From: Diplonema japonicum
Taxonomy: Eukaryota > Protista > Euglenozoa: Diplonemea
Length of the DNA stretch: 64,000 nt
Reading direction: 5' to 3'
NCBI GenBank assembly: GCA_964019335.1
Contig: OZ025750.1
Span: 62,001 to 126,000 of the forward strand
Positions 41,191 through 53,016 of the stretch are shown here, in pieces. Each line of letters begins with the position of its first letter. Position 1 is the first letter of the stretch. The translations under genes were made by a program, and so were the position numbers. The notes below the pieces were generated by a model. The model was not told where the DNA came from, ran no database searches, and saw nothing but the letters and a program-made list of their open reading frames with translations.

Positions 41191-41910
41191 AAATAGCTAT
41201 TTACTGCCAACAAGTAATGACTTTACCGTTACCTCGAGGTTCCGCATTTTACCGTCGAGGGCCCGCAGGGCCCGAGATGGTAAAATGCGGAACCGAGAGG
41301 TCGGTAAAGCATTACTTGGCGGTAGGTAAGTGGTTTTATTTCACGACACTCTGAAATTACTTCACCACGAGGGGCACAACAGGGTGACAAGGGGTACAAC
41401 AAGAGAGGGGTTACAAAGGTTACAATACAAGTTGTTTTTCCTCCTTTTGTTGACTAAGAGCTGCCGCTGTCGCTGGCATTGCCACTGTCACCATCTCTAA
41501 TCAGGCCTTCATACCTAGCGCGGCCGCTGGCTCCTTTTTTTCTGCTGCTTCGGTATTTTTGAAGTCTTTTGGGGTGCTTGGGTAAGCTGACTAAGTTACC
41601 CTTACCCACAGAAGAGTTACCCACAGAAACTGGGAACAAGGCCTAGCGGCAAAAGTAGCAACTTGGAACTGAGCCGAGGCAAAAGTTGGCCAATTGAGCT
41701 GAACCTGGGGGGAAATAGCAAACTGAGAGGAAAAAGTAGCCCCACTGGGAACCGAACCGAGGCAAAAATTGGCCTACCGAGCATATTATTTAACGGAAAC
41801 CCCCTATTACTTCACGGAAAACAGGCCATTATTTCACCGTGAAGTAATGAGATTTAGCGTGAAGTAATGGGCCCCCCAGTGCGTGAAGTAATTTCTGAAG
41901 AGTGAAATAA
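41191..41910 (+). mobile_element. Bipartite non-autonomous DNA element: ~150 bp hairpin joined at TTTATTTCAC to a TIR-bounded unit
   Basis: 41191-41340 is a long imperfect palindrome centred on GGGCCC-GCA-GGGCCC. 41336-41910 is bounded by TTTATTTCAC...GTGAAATAAA, and its last ~105 bp match 61662-61770. Confidence 0.72.
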
Positions 41911-42671
41911 AAAAAAAAAAACAAATGAGTGAATAAAGGGAGGGGGGAAAAGAAGAATCTCTTTTTGTTGTGCGCTCTGTAGGTGTTCACCCACCCCCAC
42001 TCCCCAAGCCTTATGCAACAAGATGTTGATGGGGCTAAACAAATCTGTGGCTTTTTCCCTATCTTTTTTACCACCGCTTTTTCGTAGGCGGTGATAGTAG
42101 TGGTTACATCAGATGAACGTGTGTCTTTGTGTCTATTTTTTAGGCGTCCTGCGCATAACGCCACAGGTACCCTTAAATGTCTCTCTCTTTTTCTTTTTTT
42201 TTTCTTTTGTAAAGCTTGTGCACTCTCATAACCAAGTACAACGGTGCACGGACCACAGGCCCAGGGCAAGTACATCTGGTGTACCAGCTCTAGAATCCAG
42301 TTATTTTCCATTTTTTCAATAGTGTGTGTGTGGGCTTGTCGTTACGGGCCCTCCACTGCATCGTCACAATCTACCATGCTACGATGTTTTTTGAAGCATC
42401 TTTTTTTTTTCAAATGAAACAACGGTCGTTCTTTCTGTTTTTTTTTTTTTTTTTTCTCCTTTTTTTTTTTTCTTCTTCCTATTTCACTAGTACCCGCAAA
42501 CCCGTCGTGTGTGTGGTCTCCGATGCTGTCATCGTTGCCGTTGCCTTCTTGTTTTCTTGTGCAAGCCGCTCGACTTCTCTTTGTGCTTGCTGTTGATATA
42601 CCGTGCCTGGCAACAAAACCGTCTATAACCCCTTTGGTAACAAACAAACATAAAAGAAGGAAAAAAACACC

Positions 42672-43526
42672 ATGTCTGTCAGCCTATGTGTCAGGCTGCC
42701 CTCACAAGAGGCCATCGCGGTCGAAGCAGGTGGGGGAGACAGCATCGAGGTGCTGAAGGCACGTATTGCTGAATTGAAAGGCTACGACATTGGTAGCATT
42801 TCACTAACATTCGAAGATGAGAAGCTGAAGGAAGGCAACAAGGTGTGCGACTACCCCTTTGAGGATCAGAGCGAGGTGGTGGTGGTCCTGGGCAGGAAAC
42901 AAGCCGCCCTCTTGGCACTGGACACAATGAAGTGGACAACAAGAACAAGGCGCGTAGCACAGGCAACAATGAATCTGGAAGACGAGGAGCGGTTCGTGGC
43001 AGCGTTGGAGCTGATGCACGATGCCGACCTCCTTGATGCAGAGGTGGACAAGCTGCTGTGGTGTGCAGTTACTTCGCATAAGTTGAAGGTAGTTGAGGCT
43101 ATCTTGTCCCGCGGCATGGTCGACACAGAGAAGACGTTGTTCATGAACCCTGTTCACGAAGCGGCAAGTATGGGGCTTGAGGATGCTCTTCGCATTCTGC
43201 TGCGGTACATGAAGACCGTCCCTTTGAACCACCACAGAGCGACCCCTCTTCATGTGGCTGCAAGTAGAGGCAATAAGCGTATCACAGAGATTCTGATCGA
43301 TGCTTGGCCAGCTCAGGTGAACATGCGTGACCTCGACAATGAAACGGCTCTTCATTGTGCTGCGGGGCTCGGGCACAAACGCGTCGTTCGGGTCCTCTTG
43401 GACAGGGGCGCCGACCCGTCAGCGAAGGCGAAGGACGGTTCCACCCCCGCCTCCGTGGCGTGCAATAAGAACAGGAACTTCTGTCCTTCCTTCGCAAGGT
43501 TTATTGAATCGTACTCATCGCTGTGA
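42672..43526 (+). CDS. Ubiquitin-like domain + ankyrin repeat protein (284 aa)
   Basis: The N-terminal ~75 aa fit the beta-grasp pattern (DSIEVLKARIAELKG...LTFEDEKLKEGNKVCDY...SEVVVV) with no diglycine. C-terminal ankyrins (ATPLHVAASRGN, ETALHCAAGLGH, LLDRGADPS). Confidence 0.88.
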   Translation: MSVSLCVRLPSQEAIAVEAGGGDSIEVLKARIAELKGYDIGSISLTFEDEKLKEGNKVCDYPFEDQSEVVVVLGRKQAALLALDTMKWTTRTRRVAQATMNLEDEERFVAALELMHDADLLDAEVDKLLWCAVTSHKLKVVEAILSRGMVDTEKTLFMNPVHEAASMGLEDALRILLRYMKTVPLNHHRATPLHVAASRGNKRITEILIDAWPAQVNMRDLDNETALHCAAGLGHKRVVRVLLDRGADPSAKAKDGSTPASVACNKNRNFCPSFARFIESYSSL

Positions 43527-43815
43527 GCATGCTGATGAAAGGGGGGCGGGGGGGGCTATATGCTTGGTTTCTTCCACCTTTCTTAGGGGTGGCTTTTCTT
43601 TGTTGGGAACAGAACAAAAAGAAAAAACTGCCCTCTTTTTTTCTAACAAGGTAATTGCAAAAACTATCCGCCGGCTCTGTTTTTTTTTTTTTTTTTTTTT
43701 TCAATCCTCGTCCCCCCGCCCCCCCTCTCTCTTTCACTAACCATGGTCATGCCGGTTTCTCTTCGGTGACGTTTTTTATTTCATTTACAAAGCACAGCAA
43801 CCTACCACCGCGCGG

Positions 43816-43853
<38 letters not shown>

Positions 43854-43927
43854 CAACATAGCTTTAAAAAAAAAAAAAGAAATTTCATCTCAGGGGCGCA
43901 GTGGAAGGGGAAACCGGGGTGTGGAAA

Positions 43928-46900
43928 ATGCCCCGACTGCTAACCCTCCTTGCCATGACAGCAGCACTGCAAGGCAGCATGGCGCAGACTGTTGTAGGGA
44001 GGTATGCCTCCTCCGATGCCATTCAGTACGCCCTCCACCCCGATGGCGACACCGTGTACATAGCAGACGGCGCCGACGGTGTGAGAGTGGTGGACGTAAC
44101 CAACGTCCCAAATGTGGCAGACCCAGGGGCAGCGACGACCTTAAAGAAAACCCTTGCCATAAACGCTCGAGCAGTGGCAATAGACAGCAAAGAGAAAGCC
44201 CTGTACGCCATAGGCATTAAGGGAATTCTGTACAAGTACGACATCAGCACGAAGATGGATCCCAAGCTCACAGGAGAATCAGCAGTGAACCCCCAAGGTG
44301 CTGGCGTTGCAGTGGTACTTATCCCCGGTGAAGTAAGAGTGTTCACCTGCCATGCCACGGGGATATCTGAGTACCACGTCAAGGGCGTGGCAATACCTTC
44401 TCTTGAGTCATCCGCGATCTCCGTTTCGGTCTGCCACGACATGCACATGGACGTCGCTAACAGGAGACTTGCTGTCTTGTCTGAACAGAATTCATATTTC
44501 TGGGTCGAATCATATGGGATCCGTGCTCTTGGCCCGAACGAACTGCTTGCGTACCCCTTGTACTCCCGGCTACCCTCTGAGGGTGTCTCTCTCACGGTGT
44601 CCACAGATGGCCTGCACAGTTTCGTCACAACAGTCGTCAAGTCCTTCGTCGCTGCAGAGATCGACAGTAAGGGCGGTGCTACTGGTGAAGAGTCCACGAC
44701 CTTCCCCGGCCTCGCTGGCATCGCACGGCACCCTACGTCTGACCGGACCTACGCCACCACCACAGATGGGCAGCTCGTCTGGTACGATATGACACCCCTC
44801 AGCACCTTCACCTCTGTGGGCTCCTTTTCGGTAGGCGGGGTCGGGCAGCGAGGGCTGGGCATCCATGGCAACCTCCTCTACATATGCACGGGGAGCTCTG
44901 GGCTCGCTATCGTTGACATGGAAATGACACTTGCGCCGATGACACCAGCACCTCCACCTCCAACAACTGCCCCTGATACCTCCGCACCCAATACTCCAGC
45001 TCCTGCGACCACAGCACCTATGACACCTGCCCCTGATACATCAGCACCCGATACCCCCGCTCCTGACACCCCATCACCGATGACACCTGCTCCTGATACA
45101 CTAGCACCCCTGACATCAGCACCTGATACATCAGCACCCGATACTCTTGCTCCTGACACCCTAGCACCAATGACACTAACTCCTGACACACTGGTACCTG
45201 ATACTCCAGCACCTGATACTCCCGCTCCTGCCACCCCAGCACCAATGACACCTGCTCCTGATACACCTGCACCCGATACCCCCGCTCCTGACACTCCATC
45301 ACCGATGACACCTGCTCCTGACACACCGGTACCTGATACTCCAGCACCCGATACTCCCGCTCCTGCCACCCCAGTACCAATGACACCTGCTCCTGTTACA
45401 TCAGCACCCAATACTCCCGTTCCTGACACCCCAGCACCTCTGTCACCTGCTCCTGATACCCAAGCACCTTTGACGCTGTCTCCTGAGACCCCCGTTCCTG
45501 TAACACCAGCACCGGTGACACCGTTCCCTGTCACCCAGGCACCTAGTAGTTCAGCACCCGAGACGCTTCCACCAATTACAACTTCACCCAGCACATCAGC
45601 ACCTTTAACCGCCGCGCCTAGTACGCTTGCCCCTCCCACTCTGACACCTGGTATCCCTACGACACCAGCTCCTGGTACTGCCACCCCCACGGCAGCACCA
45701 CACACAACCGCACCAAGCACGCAAGCGCCTGAAACACCTGCCCCCGATACTCGTGCCCCGGCAACGATGTCTCCGGCAACAGCCGCGCCTGCTACAGCCG
45801 CCCCTGCAACTCCTGCACCGGCTACCTGGAGTCCTGGCATCCCCACTACCCTTGTGCCCCCAACAGCCGTTCCAACATTGGCCCCCCCCACAGCCACACC
45901 TACAACGGCACCTGCTACAACGGCACCCGCCACAATTGCCCCTGCAACTCTCGCCCCCCCAACAGCTATTCCTGACACACAGGCGCCAGAGACTTCTGCT
46001 CCGCGTACTGCAGCACCTAAAACTGCGGCCCCACCGAGTACTTCTCCAACCACTGAGATTCCTGCAACAACAGCACCTCGCACAAGGACAGAAGCGCCTA
46101 GCACAGCAGCACCAACCACCTTGGTTCCAAGATCCAAGGTGCCTGACACTCCTGTTCCAATGCAAGCCACAATGGCACCAAGTACTGAACAACCTGCAAG
46201 TGCTGCGACCCTTGTACCGCCTCCTACAACACCTCCGCTGACAGCTACGCCAACAGCAGTTCCGGAGACAGAAGCACCGGCAGTGGTGAAGGAGGAGCAG
46301 ATCAACACAGCAGGGTCGGTGGCAGCAGTCACATCTGTTGCAGCGGCCGGTGCAGCGGCAGGGGCAGCAACACGTCTCGTTGTCGTGAGCCAAGGGTGTC
46401 TCTTGAACGGGAAGCAGAAGCTCCCTCGTGCACTGCACCCGACACAGATGGAGATCGCAGGGTCTGAGGCAGTGGGGCTGGTGATCGGGAACTTTTTAAT
46501 AACCTTCGGGTTCACTGCCCTGTGCTTTGTGGTGCTGCAGGCGATGTCCCGATGGGGCCCTGCGGTGATGCCAAGGTTCCTTGCAAGCCTCGACACCCAG
46601 GGCTTTCTTCGCTTCCCCTCCGCACCTCTGTTCGTGTTCCAGCTTCTGTATCAAGGGACCACACTCGGGTCACTGAACCTTGTCGTGCACCCACCTCATG
46701 TAGGGGGCTTCCTTGTGGGAGTGCTGTCGATGTGTGCGTGTGTCGTTGTCCCGCTGCTTGTGTTCCGTGTGATGGCACGCGACGTCCCTTGGGCAGGGGT
46801 GTACATGAATGAAGCCGGGTGCGGGCAGGTACGAGCTGCTGTCCTTGGCCCCGGTGAGTGGGTCTCAACGACCCCCATGAACCACTGGATAAACAGGTAC

Positions 46901-47518
46901 GGGTCGGTGGTGCGGACCTACAGGCAGGAGGCGGCATGGTTCTCCATCATCGAGTTCTCGGCGAGTCTTGCGATATCGGGGATACAGGCGGCGGAGACAG
47001 ACACGTACACAGGGTGCGGGCACAAGAAGGTCTTCACGGCTATCATCTTCTTCATAATATTGGTCTTGGAGGCGGTGGTGTGGCCCCATGCAAGGCCAAG
47101 GGATAATGTAACCGATTTTGTGATGCTTGGCATGCAAGGGGCAGCGATGCTCCTGATGTCAGTGGGGTACTATGAGGGGACGACTGTTCATTGGACTTTC
47201 GATGTGGCTTCGGACCTTCTGATGGCGTCTGTGGTGGTGCTTCTTGTGAAGGTTGCGATGGATCTGTGCAGCGAAGGGTACATCTTCTTCTCGGGGAGGC
47301 GGCGGACCCTACAGAATGTGATGTTTGATAGGGAAAAAGGTGATTTTCTTGAGCAAACAGAGATGAAGCCGCCACCGCCGTTCTCCGTTGCAAAGGGTAG
47401 GCGAGCAAGCCTGCCGATGTGGTGCTCAGACCCCGACTTTTTGAACATGACCCCCACCCGCTATGGCAGGGTGCGCTCATCTGCGTCACTAAAAAGGTCG
47501 AGTAGGGTTCACATCTAG
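43928..47518 (+). CDS. Surface receptor family copy 4 (start ATG 43928; longest stalk)
   Basis: Signal-peptide DNA identical to copy 3. Thr/Pro/Ala stalk of about 450 aa. Tail RRASLP. Confidence 0.9.
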   Translation: MPRLLTLLAMTAALQGSMAQTVVGRYASSDAIQYALHPDGDTVYIADGADGVRVVDVTNVPNVADPGAATTLKKTLAINARAVAIDSKEKALYAIGIKGILYKYDISTKMDPKLTGESAVNPQGAGVAVVLIPGEVRVFTCHATGISEYHVKGVAIPSLESSAISVSVCHDMHMDVANRRLAVLSEQNSYFWVESYGIRALGPNELLAYPLYSRLPSEGVSLTVSTDGLHSFVTTVVKSFVAAEIDSKGGATGEESTTFPGLAGIARHPTSDRTYATTTDGQLVWYDMTPLSTFTSVGSFSVGGVGQRGLGIHGNLLYICTGSSGLAIVDMEMTLAPMTPAPPPPTTAPDTSAPNTPAPATTAPMTPAPDTSAPDTPAPDTPSPMTPAPDTLAPLTSAPDTSAPDTLAPDTLAPMTLTPDTLVPDTPAPDTPAPATPAPMTPAPDTPAPDTPAPDTPSPMTPAPDTPVPDTPAPDTPAPATPVPMTPAPVTSAPNTPVPDTPAPLSPAPDTQAPLTLSPETPVPVTPAPVTPFPVTQAPSSSAPETLPPITTSPSTSAPLTAAPSTLAPPTLTPGIPTTPAPGTATPTAAPHTTAPSTQAPETPAPDTRAPATMSPATAAPATAAPATPAPATWSPGIPTTLVPPTAVPTLAPPTATPTTAPATTAPATIAPATLAPPTAIPDTQAPETSAPRTAAPKTAAPPSTSPTTEIPATTAPRTRTEAPSTAAPTTLVPRSKVPDTPVPMQATMAPSTEQPASAATLVPPPTTPPLTATPTAVPETEAPAVVKEEQINTAGSVAAVTSVAAAGAAAGAATRLVVVSQGCLLNGKQKLPRALHPTQMEIAGSEAVGLVIGNFLITFGFTALCFVVLQAMSRWGPAVMPRFLASLDTQGFLRFPSAPLFVFQLLYQGTTLGSLNLVVHPPHVGGFLVGVLSMCACVVVPLLVFRVMARDVPWAGVYMNEAGCGQVRAAVLGPGEWVSTTPMNHWINRYGSVVRTYRQEAAWFSIIEFSASLAISGIQAAETDTYTGCGHKKVFTAIIFFIILVLEAVVWPHARPRDNVTDFVMLGMQGAAMLLMSVGYYEGTTVHWTFDVASDLLMASVVVLLVKVAMDLCSEGYIFFSGRRRTLQNVMFDREKGDFLEQTEMKPPPPFSVAKGRRASLPMWCSDPDFLNMTPTRYGRVRSSASLKRSSRVHI

Positions 47519-47779
47519 CGTGGGTGAGAGCCTTCCCCACAGCTGTGGGGGTGACAGGTGTAAGAACTAACTTTCCGCCGTTTCCGTTTGCATGTGACAT
47601 TTTGACTTTTTTTTTTGTCTCATGCATTGTCTTTTCTTTTTTCAAACGAATTTTTTTTTTCTTCTTCCCCCTCCCCCTCCACATCCTTCTATGGGACGTT
47701 GAGACACAAGAGGAGCCTTTCTTTAAGAGGGCCCTTTTCTTTCTTTTTTTTTTCTTCTTTTTTTTTTTCTTTTTTTTTT

Positions 47780-47860
47780 CAAAAACGAGTCTTTGACTTG
47801 TCTAAACAAAAGGGGAACGTTGGCAACGTGTTTCTCCAGGTTTTACCCGGCACGTACAAG
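47780..47860 (+). repeat. Dispersed repeat (copies ~48480-48572, ~48860-48927; inverted ~62015-62090)
   Basis: Shared GACTTGTCT.AA.AAAAGGGGAACG...CTTCTCCAGGTTTTACCC core. Confidence 0.7.
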
Positions 47861-49517
47861 CAACGGCCCAAATGGGCGATTGGTGATGATGTTTTATGGT
47901 TATTAACATTCTCTCCAGGGTCCCCATTTCTTTTTTTTTTTTTCTTTTTCTCTCCCTCCGTGTTCTTTAAACCAGAAGCGCAATTAGATGTTTCTCTTTC
48001 TTTGTAGAGCGCTAGTTGCATCGGTTTTATGAGAAGCAAAATCGTCAGTTGTTTTCTATTTTTTTTTCTTTTCTTTTTTTTTTTTTTTCTTTTTCTTCAA
48101 CCACCGCAGGCACCAGACAGCAAACAGCAGTCTGGTGGCTGATTAGAGTGAGGTTCTTCTTGAATAGCAAACGCCCAAAATGCCGGAAAAAAAAAGTTTT
48201 TTTTTTGTTTTTTGTTTTAACCTGATGACGCCCCAAGGTACGCCAATCCCCCGAAAACGCTTCTGCCAGGAGGAAGTTCTTGTTGTTTTCGCAATGAGCT
48301 ATGGTTTTCCCCGGAAATACATCGCGGGTGTGCACCAGGTTATAAAAAGAAAAAGAAGAATACGATCCGCTTTTAACAACCCCTTTGTTCTTCACAATTC
48401 GAGCGCCACATCGTCACTAGTTTGTGAATTGATGACAATTTTTTTTCTTTCTTTCTTTTTTTTTTCTTTTTTCTTTTCAAGAACGAGTTTTTTGACTTGT
48501 CTTTAAAGAAAAGGGGAACGCAAGGTGTTTCGGTTTACAAAAACTTCTCCAGGTTTTACCCCGGCACGTACGAATTTCCTCTCTTTTTTTTCTTTCGCCG
48601 CCTGACTCTCTTTTTTCTTTTTTTTTAAATCAGAAGAAAAGAAAAAGAAAGAAAGAAGAAAAAAAAAAAGAAGTTCCACACTTCTTCATTTCTTTTTTTC
48701 TTTTTCTTTTTTTTCCCCCCCTCCATTGTTTTGTTGTTTGCTTCTCCTCTATTTCCTTTTTTTTTTTTGTTCCTTATGGTCAGTTCTCTAATCGGGACTT
48801 ACCACGCCTTTCCTGTTTCTTCATTTTCTTTTCTTTTTTCTTTTTTTTTCCCGCGTCTTTAACTTGCTTAAACAAAAGGGGAGTGTCAATAAATGTTGTT
48901 TGCTGGATTTAGAACCTTCTCCAGGTAGGTAGTACCCTCTCACGTGAGCGAACAACGACCAGTTTTCCCCTTTTCTCTTTCTTGTTTCATCTCCCCCTCT
49001 CCCCCTCCTCTTCCAGTGTATGCTGTACAAAAACTCGTTTTTGATTTTTTTTTTTTTTTTGTTTTTCTTGTTTCTCCTCTAAAGAACGGGTCTTCGACTT
49101 CGTCTAAAAAAAAAAAAAAAGAATAATTTCTTTGTTTTTTTTTTTTTTTTTTTTTTTTTTTTCCTAGTGGGTCAGTCCCCGAAAGTTGGGATTTTTTTTT
49201 TCATCTTCTTCTTCTTCATTTTTTTTTGCATGAACAAGAAAAACAATATATTGATAATGAATTGTTATTGCTAAAAAGAGTAGTGGTGGCATTGTTGGGC
49301 TTATCCTTCTACAGGTTAATCCCGGCTGTGCACAAACAAAACCTGCTTGTTTTTTTCATCTTCTTCTTCATTTTTTTTTCCCCACCTGTTTCAGTGTTTT
49401 TATTTTCTTCTTTCTTAAAAAAAGCAGGGCGCCGCCAACACCGGCCTCCTTTTAACTCATATATTTCTTCTTTCTTTTCTTCTCCCCCCTCCTCCTCAGG
49501 TTTAAAACAACAACAAT

Positions 49518-52115
49518 ATGCGCCGCAAACCCGTAATGAAAACAACCCACTTTACATGCTTCATCGCAGCGGTATTACAGTGCACACTGGCGCAGACTGT
49601 TGTAGGAAGGTATGCAGGGGGCTTCGCCACCCAGTACGCCCTCCACCCCGATGGCGACATCGTGTACATAGCAAGCGGCAACTTCGGCATCAGCGTTGTG
49701 GATATTACCAACGTGCCGAACAGCGCAGCACCGGGAACAGCGACAGTACTTCGACACACGATCACTGGCATTGACGCGAGGGCAGCAACCATCGACGCCG
49801 ACACACTGTACATAGTGGGCAGCGCTGGGATTCTGTACAAGTATGACATCAGCACCAAGACATCCCCTGTGAAAATTGGAGAATCCGCACCAAATGCGAA
49901 AGGCCCTGCGAACGCTTTAGCAATTCTCCCCGGAGGGATCCGTATCTACACGTGCCATGACGGTGGTATATCGGAGTACGATGTGACTGGATCGACACCT
50001 ACAGCGCAGGGCACCGTTGTCAATATTCAAAGATGCTTTGACATATCCCTCGACAGTGCCAGAACACGTTTGTTCGCATTAGTCCAGGATTCCTCTAGCG
50101 TAGATTACCTAGACATGTACCCTATAGGAACCATGGGGCAGCTCATGTCCGTTGCTTCGTATAATAAACTGTCGGCAAAAACGGTTTCTCTAACCGTTTC
50201 GTCAGACGGTGGGACCTGCTTCATCACGACTTCGTCGAGATCTGTCATTATGATGCGTTGTAATGAGACAAACGGTGCTCAGCAAAGCCTAGTGACAACG
50301 TACCCTGGCATTGTGGGTGTCGGTTATCACGAAGCGGTTGATCGTGTCTTCGCAACCTCCACAGACGGTAAGCTTGCGTGGTATCAAGCCATTCCGTTTA
50401 CATCATTTACACCTGAAGGTGAGGAAGCCATCGGGGGGTCCGGTAGTCTGGGTCTCGGTGTGCATAACGATTATGTGTACGCATGCATGGGGGCATATGG
50501 CTTTGTAATGGTAGATGTCTCGTTGATACGCCCGCCGCCTACGTTGGCTCCGTTGACGCCTGTGCCCGATACCCCCTTTCCTGACACGTTGGCTCCGGAC
50601 ACACCCTTTCCGGACACACCCTTTCCGGACACACCCTTTCCGGACACAGCTGTTCCTGTTACTCCGTCACCGCCCACAGAAGCGCCAGACACTGGGTCAC
50701 CGTCTACAGAAGTACCTGCCACGTCGGTACCGCTAACTGCGTTGCCCGCCACTCTTGTGCCTGAGACTTCGTCGCCTAGTACGCGGTCTCCTGTAGTGCC
50801 GTCTACAGGCGAGCCGACACAAGCTCCCGAGACAGAAGCACCAGTCATGCACGTGGTGAAACAAAGAGATGCGATCAACACAGCAGGGTCGGTGGCAGCA
50901 GTCACATCTGTTGCAGCGGCCGGTGCAGCGGCAGGGGCAGCAACACGTCTCGTTGTCGTGAGCCAAGGGTGTCTCTTGAACGGGAAGCAGAAGCTCCCTC
51001 GTGCACTGCACCCCACACAGATGGAGGTGTGGGGGTCTGAAACCGCGGGAATGGTGATCGGGAACTTCGCCATCATCGCCGGGTTCACTGCCCTGTGCTT
51101 TGTGGTGCTGCAGGTGGCCTCTCGTTGGGGTTTGGCTGTGTTGCCGAAGTTGTTGAAGAACCTCGACACCCAAGGCCTTCTTCGCTTCCCCTCCGCACCT
51201 CTGTTCGTGTTCCAGCTTCTGTACCAAGGGACCACACTCGGGTCGATCCACCTCCTCGCGCAGCCACCACACACAGGGGGCTTCCTTGTTGGGGCAGTGT
51301 CGATGTGTGTGTGCATCGCTGTTCCACTTTATGTGTTCCGTGTGATGACACGCGACGTCCCTTGGACAGGGGTGTACATGCCGGAGACAGACTGTGGGCA
51401 GGTTCGGGCCCTGTTCCTTGGCCCCGGTGAGTGGGTCTCAACGACCCCCATGAACCACTGGATAAACAGGTACGGGTCGGTGGTGCGGACCTACAGGCAG
51501 GAGGCGGCATGGTTCTCGTTCATCGAGTTCTCGGCGAGTCTTGCGATATCGGGGATACAGGCGGCGGAGACAGACACGTACACAGGGTGCGGGCACAAGA
51601 AGGTCTTCACAGCTATCATCTTCTTCATAATGTTGGGTTTGGAGGCGGTGGTGTGGCCCCATGCAAGGCCAAGGGATAATGTGATGGACGCAATGGCCCA
51701 CGGGGTGCAAGGGGCAGCGATGCTCCTGATGTCAGTGGGGTACTATGAGGGGACGACTGTTCATTGGACTTTCGATGTGGCGTCGGAGCTGCTCTTCTTG
51801 TCTGTGGTGGTGCTTCTTGCGAAGGTTGTGGTGGATCTGTGCAGCGAAGGGTACATCTTCTTCTCGGGGAGGCGGCAGTTCCTGCAGGATGCGATGTTCA
51901 TAGGCAAGGAGACATTGCTGGAACCCACCGTGCCAAGGTTCCGCACTTCCCTTATAGAAGACAGTGCTTTGTCAGTGGAGTTAACTATCCTGACGCCACG
52001 AAGAAGGGTGAGTCTTCCTGTGGCTCTCCCACCTCTACCAAGACGACCCACCCCTCTGCGTGCACAGTCGTTGTCGTTCTCTTCGAGCCCTCTCTGTCGG
52101 AATGGACTCTTGTGA
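49518..52115 (+). CDS. Surface receptor family copy 5 (865 aa)
   Basis: Same architecture with a short stalk. Tail RRVSLP. The start may be 49518 or 49536. Confidence 0.9.
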   Translation: MRRKPVMKTTHFTCFIAAVLQCTLAQTVVGRYAGGFATQYALHPDGDIVYIASGNFGISVVDITNVPNSAAPGTATVLRHTITGIDARAATIDADTLYIVGSAGILYKYDISTKTSPVKIGESAPNAKGPANALAILPGGIRIYTCHDGGISEYDVTGSTPTAQGTVVNIQRCFDISLDSARTRLFALVQDSSSVDYLDMYPIGTMGQLMSVASYNKLSAKTVSLTVSSDGGTCFITTSSRSVIMMRCNETNGAQQSLVTTYPGIVGVGYHEAVDRVFATSTDGKLAWYQAIPFTSFTPEGEEAIGGSGSLGLGVHNDYVYACMGAYGFVMVDVSLIRPPPTLAPLTPVPDTPFPDTLAPDTPFPDTPFPDTPFPDTAVPVTPSPPTEAPDTGSPSTEVPATSVPLTALPATLVPETSSPSTRSPVVPSTGEPTQAPETEAPVMHVVKQRDAINTAGSVAAVTSVAAAGAAAGAATRLVVVSQGCLLNGKQKLPRALHPTQMEVWGSETAGMVIGNFAIIAGFTALCFVVLQVASRWGLAVLPKLLKNLDTQGLLRFPSAPLFVFQLLYQGTTLGSIHLLAQPPHTGGFLVGAVSMCVCIAVPLYVFRVMTRDVPWTGVYMPETDCGQVRALFLGPGEWVSTTPMNHWINRYGSVVRTYRQEAAWFSFIEFSASLAISGIQAAETDTYTGCGHKKVFTAIIFFIMLGLEAVVWPHARPRDNVMDAMAHGVQGAAMLLMSVGYYEGTTVHWTFDVASELLFLSVVVLLAKVVVDLCSEGYIFFSGRRQFLQDAMFIGKETLLEPTVPRFRTSLIEDSALSVELTILTPRRRVSLPVALPPLPRRPTPLRAQSLSFSSSPLCRNGLL

Positions 52116-52510
52116 GAAAGAAGAAAAAAAAAAAAAGAATATCAATATTCTGTCTTTCGCTAGACCGACCTTTCCCCTTCCTTTTTAACAAAAGGAAGGG
52201 GTTGTATTTCTTTTTTTTTTTTTTTTTTTTTGTTCGGTTTTAACGTTGTCTACAGAAATAAAACCGACTTTGCACAAGCAACAAAAACCACCAACCCCCC
52301 TTTTTTTTTTGGTGATGAGATACTACGACGGGCCTAAGGCACTACCACGACGGAAGGGATCAAACACTAGATGAGTTGATTGTCGTTAGGCGATCCTGTC
52401 ACATACTGCAGGTTCCCTTCAAAGACACTATTTATTCATGAGACAGCCAAACAAAAAAAAAAGAAATTCTATCCTCTAGGGGGGGGGGGGGGGGGGGGGG
52501 GGGGCACGGC

Positions 52511-52958
52511 AAAATAGCTATTTATTTGCCAACAAAATAATGAGTCATTGTTTAACTCGAGTTCCCGAACTTTTTTGCACGAGGGGGGCAAAAAGAAAAA
52601 AAACGGTAACGAGTGTTAAATAATGGCTCATTTGGCGGCAAGTAAGTAGTTTTTATTTCACTCTTCGTCATTTTGAGTCACTCACTCTTCACTGCTTCAC
52701 TGCTGTTTTTTTTCACGCAGGTCGGCCTTTTTAGGGATATTCCCACTTTTAAGAAGCCAAAATGGCCTCAGATGGCTAAAAATAGTTAAAAAATACCCAC
52801 CCCAAAAAGGTTTTTCAAGGGGTTGAGTGCATTTTTTTTCACGGCGAGACCCATTTTTTCAATCAGTTAAATTCGGCCATAAAGTCAGTTGACAGTAGGC
52901 CATTTCGTTAAATAAAGGCCCCTAGTGAGTAAAGAAAATGACGAAGAGTGAAATAAAA
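52511..52958 (+). mobile_element. Bipartite hairpin + TIR element (TIR TTTATTTCACTCTTCGTCATTTT)
   Basis: 52652 TTTATTTCACTCTTCGTCATTTT ... AAAATGACGAAGAGTGAAATAAA 52957, preceded by an AAATAGCTATTT...GCCAACAA hairpin part. Inverted copy at 60461-60885. Confidence 0.8.
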
Positions 52959-53016
52959 TATTGATCTTTCTGCACGAGGAAGAAAATCACACCCCTCCCC
53001 CCCCCCCCCCCCCCCC

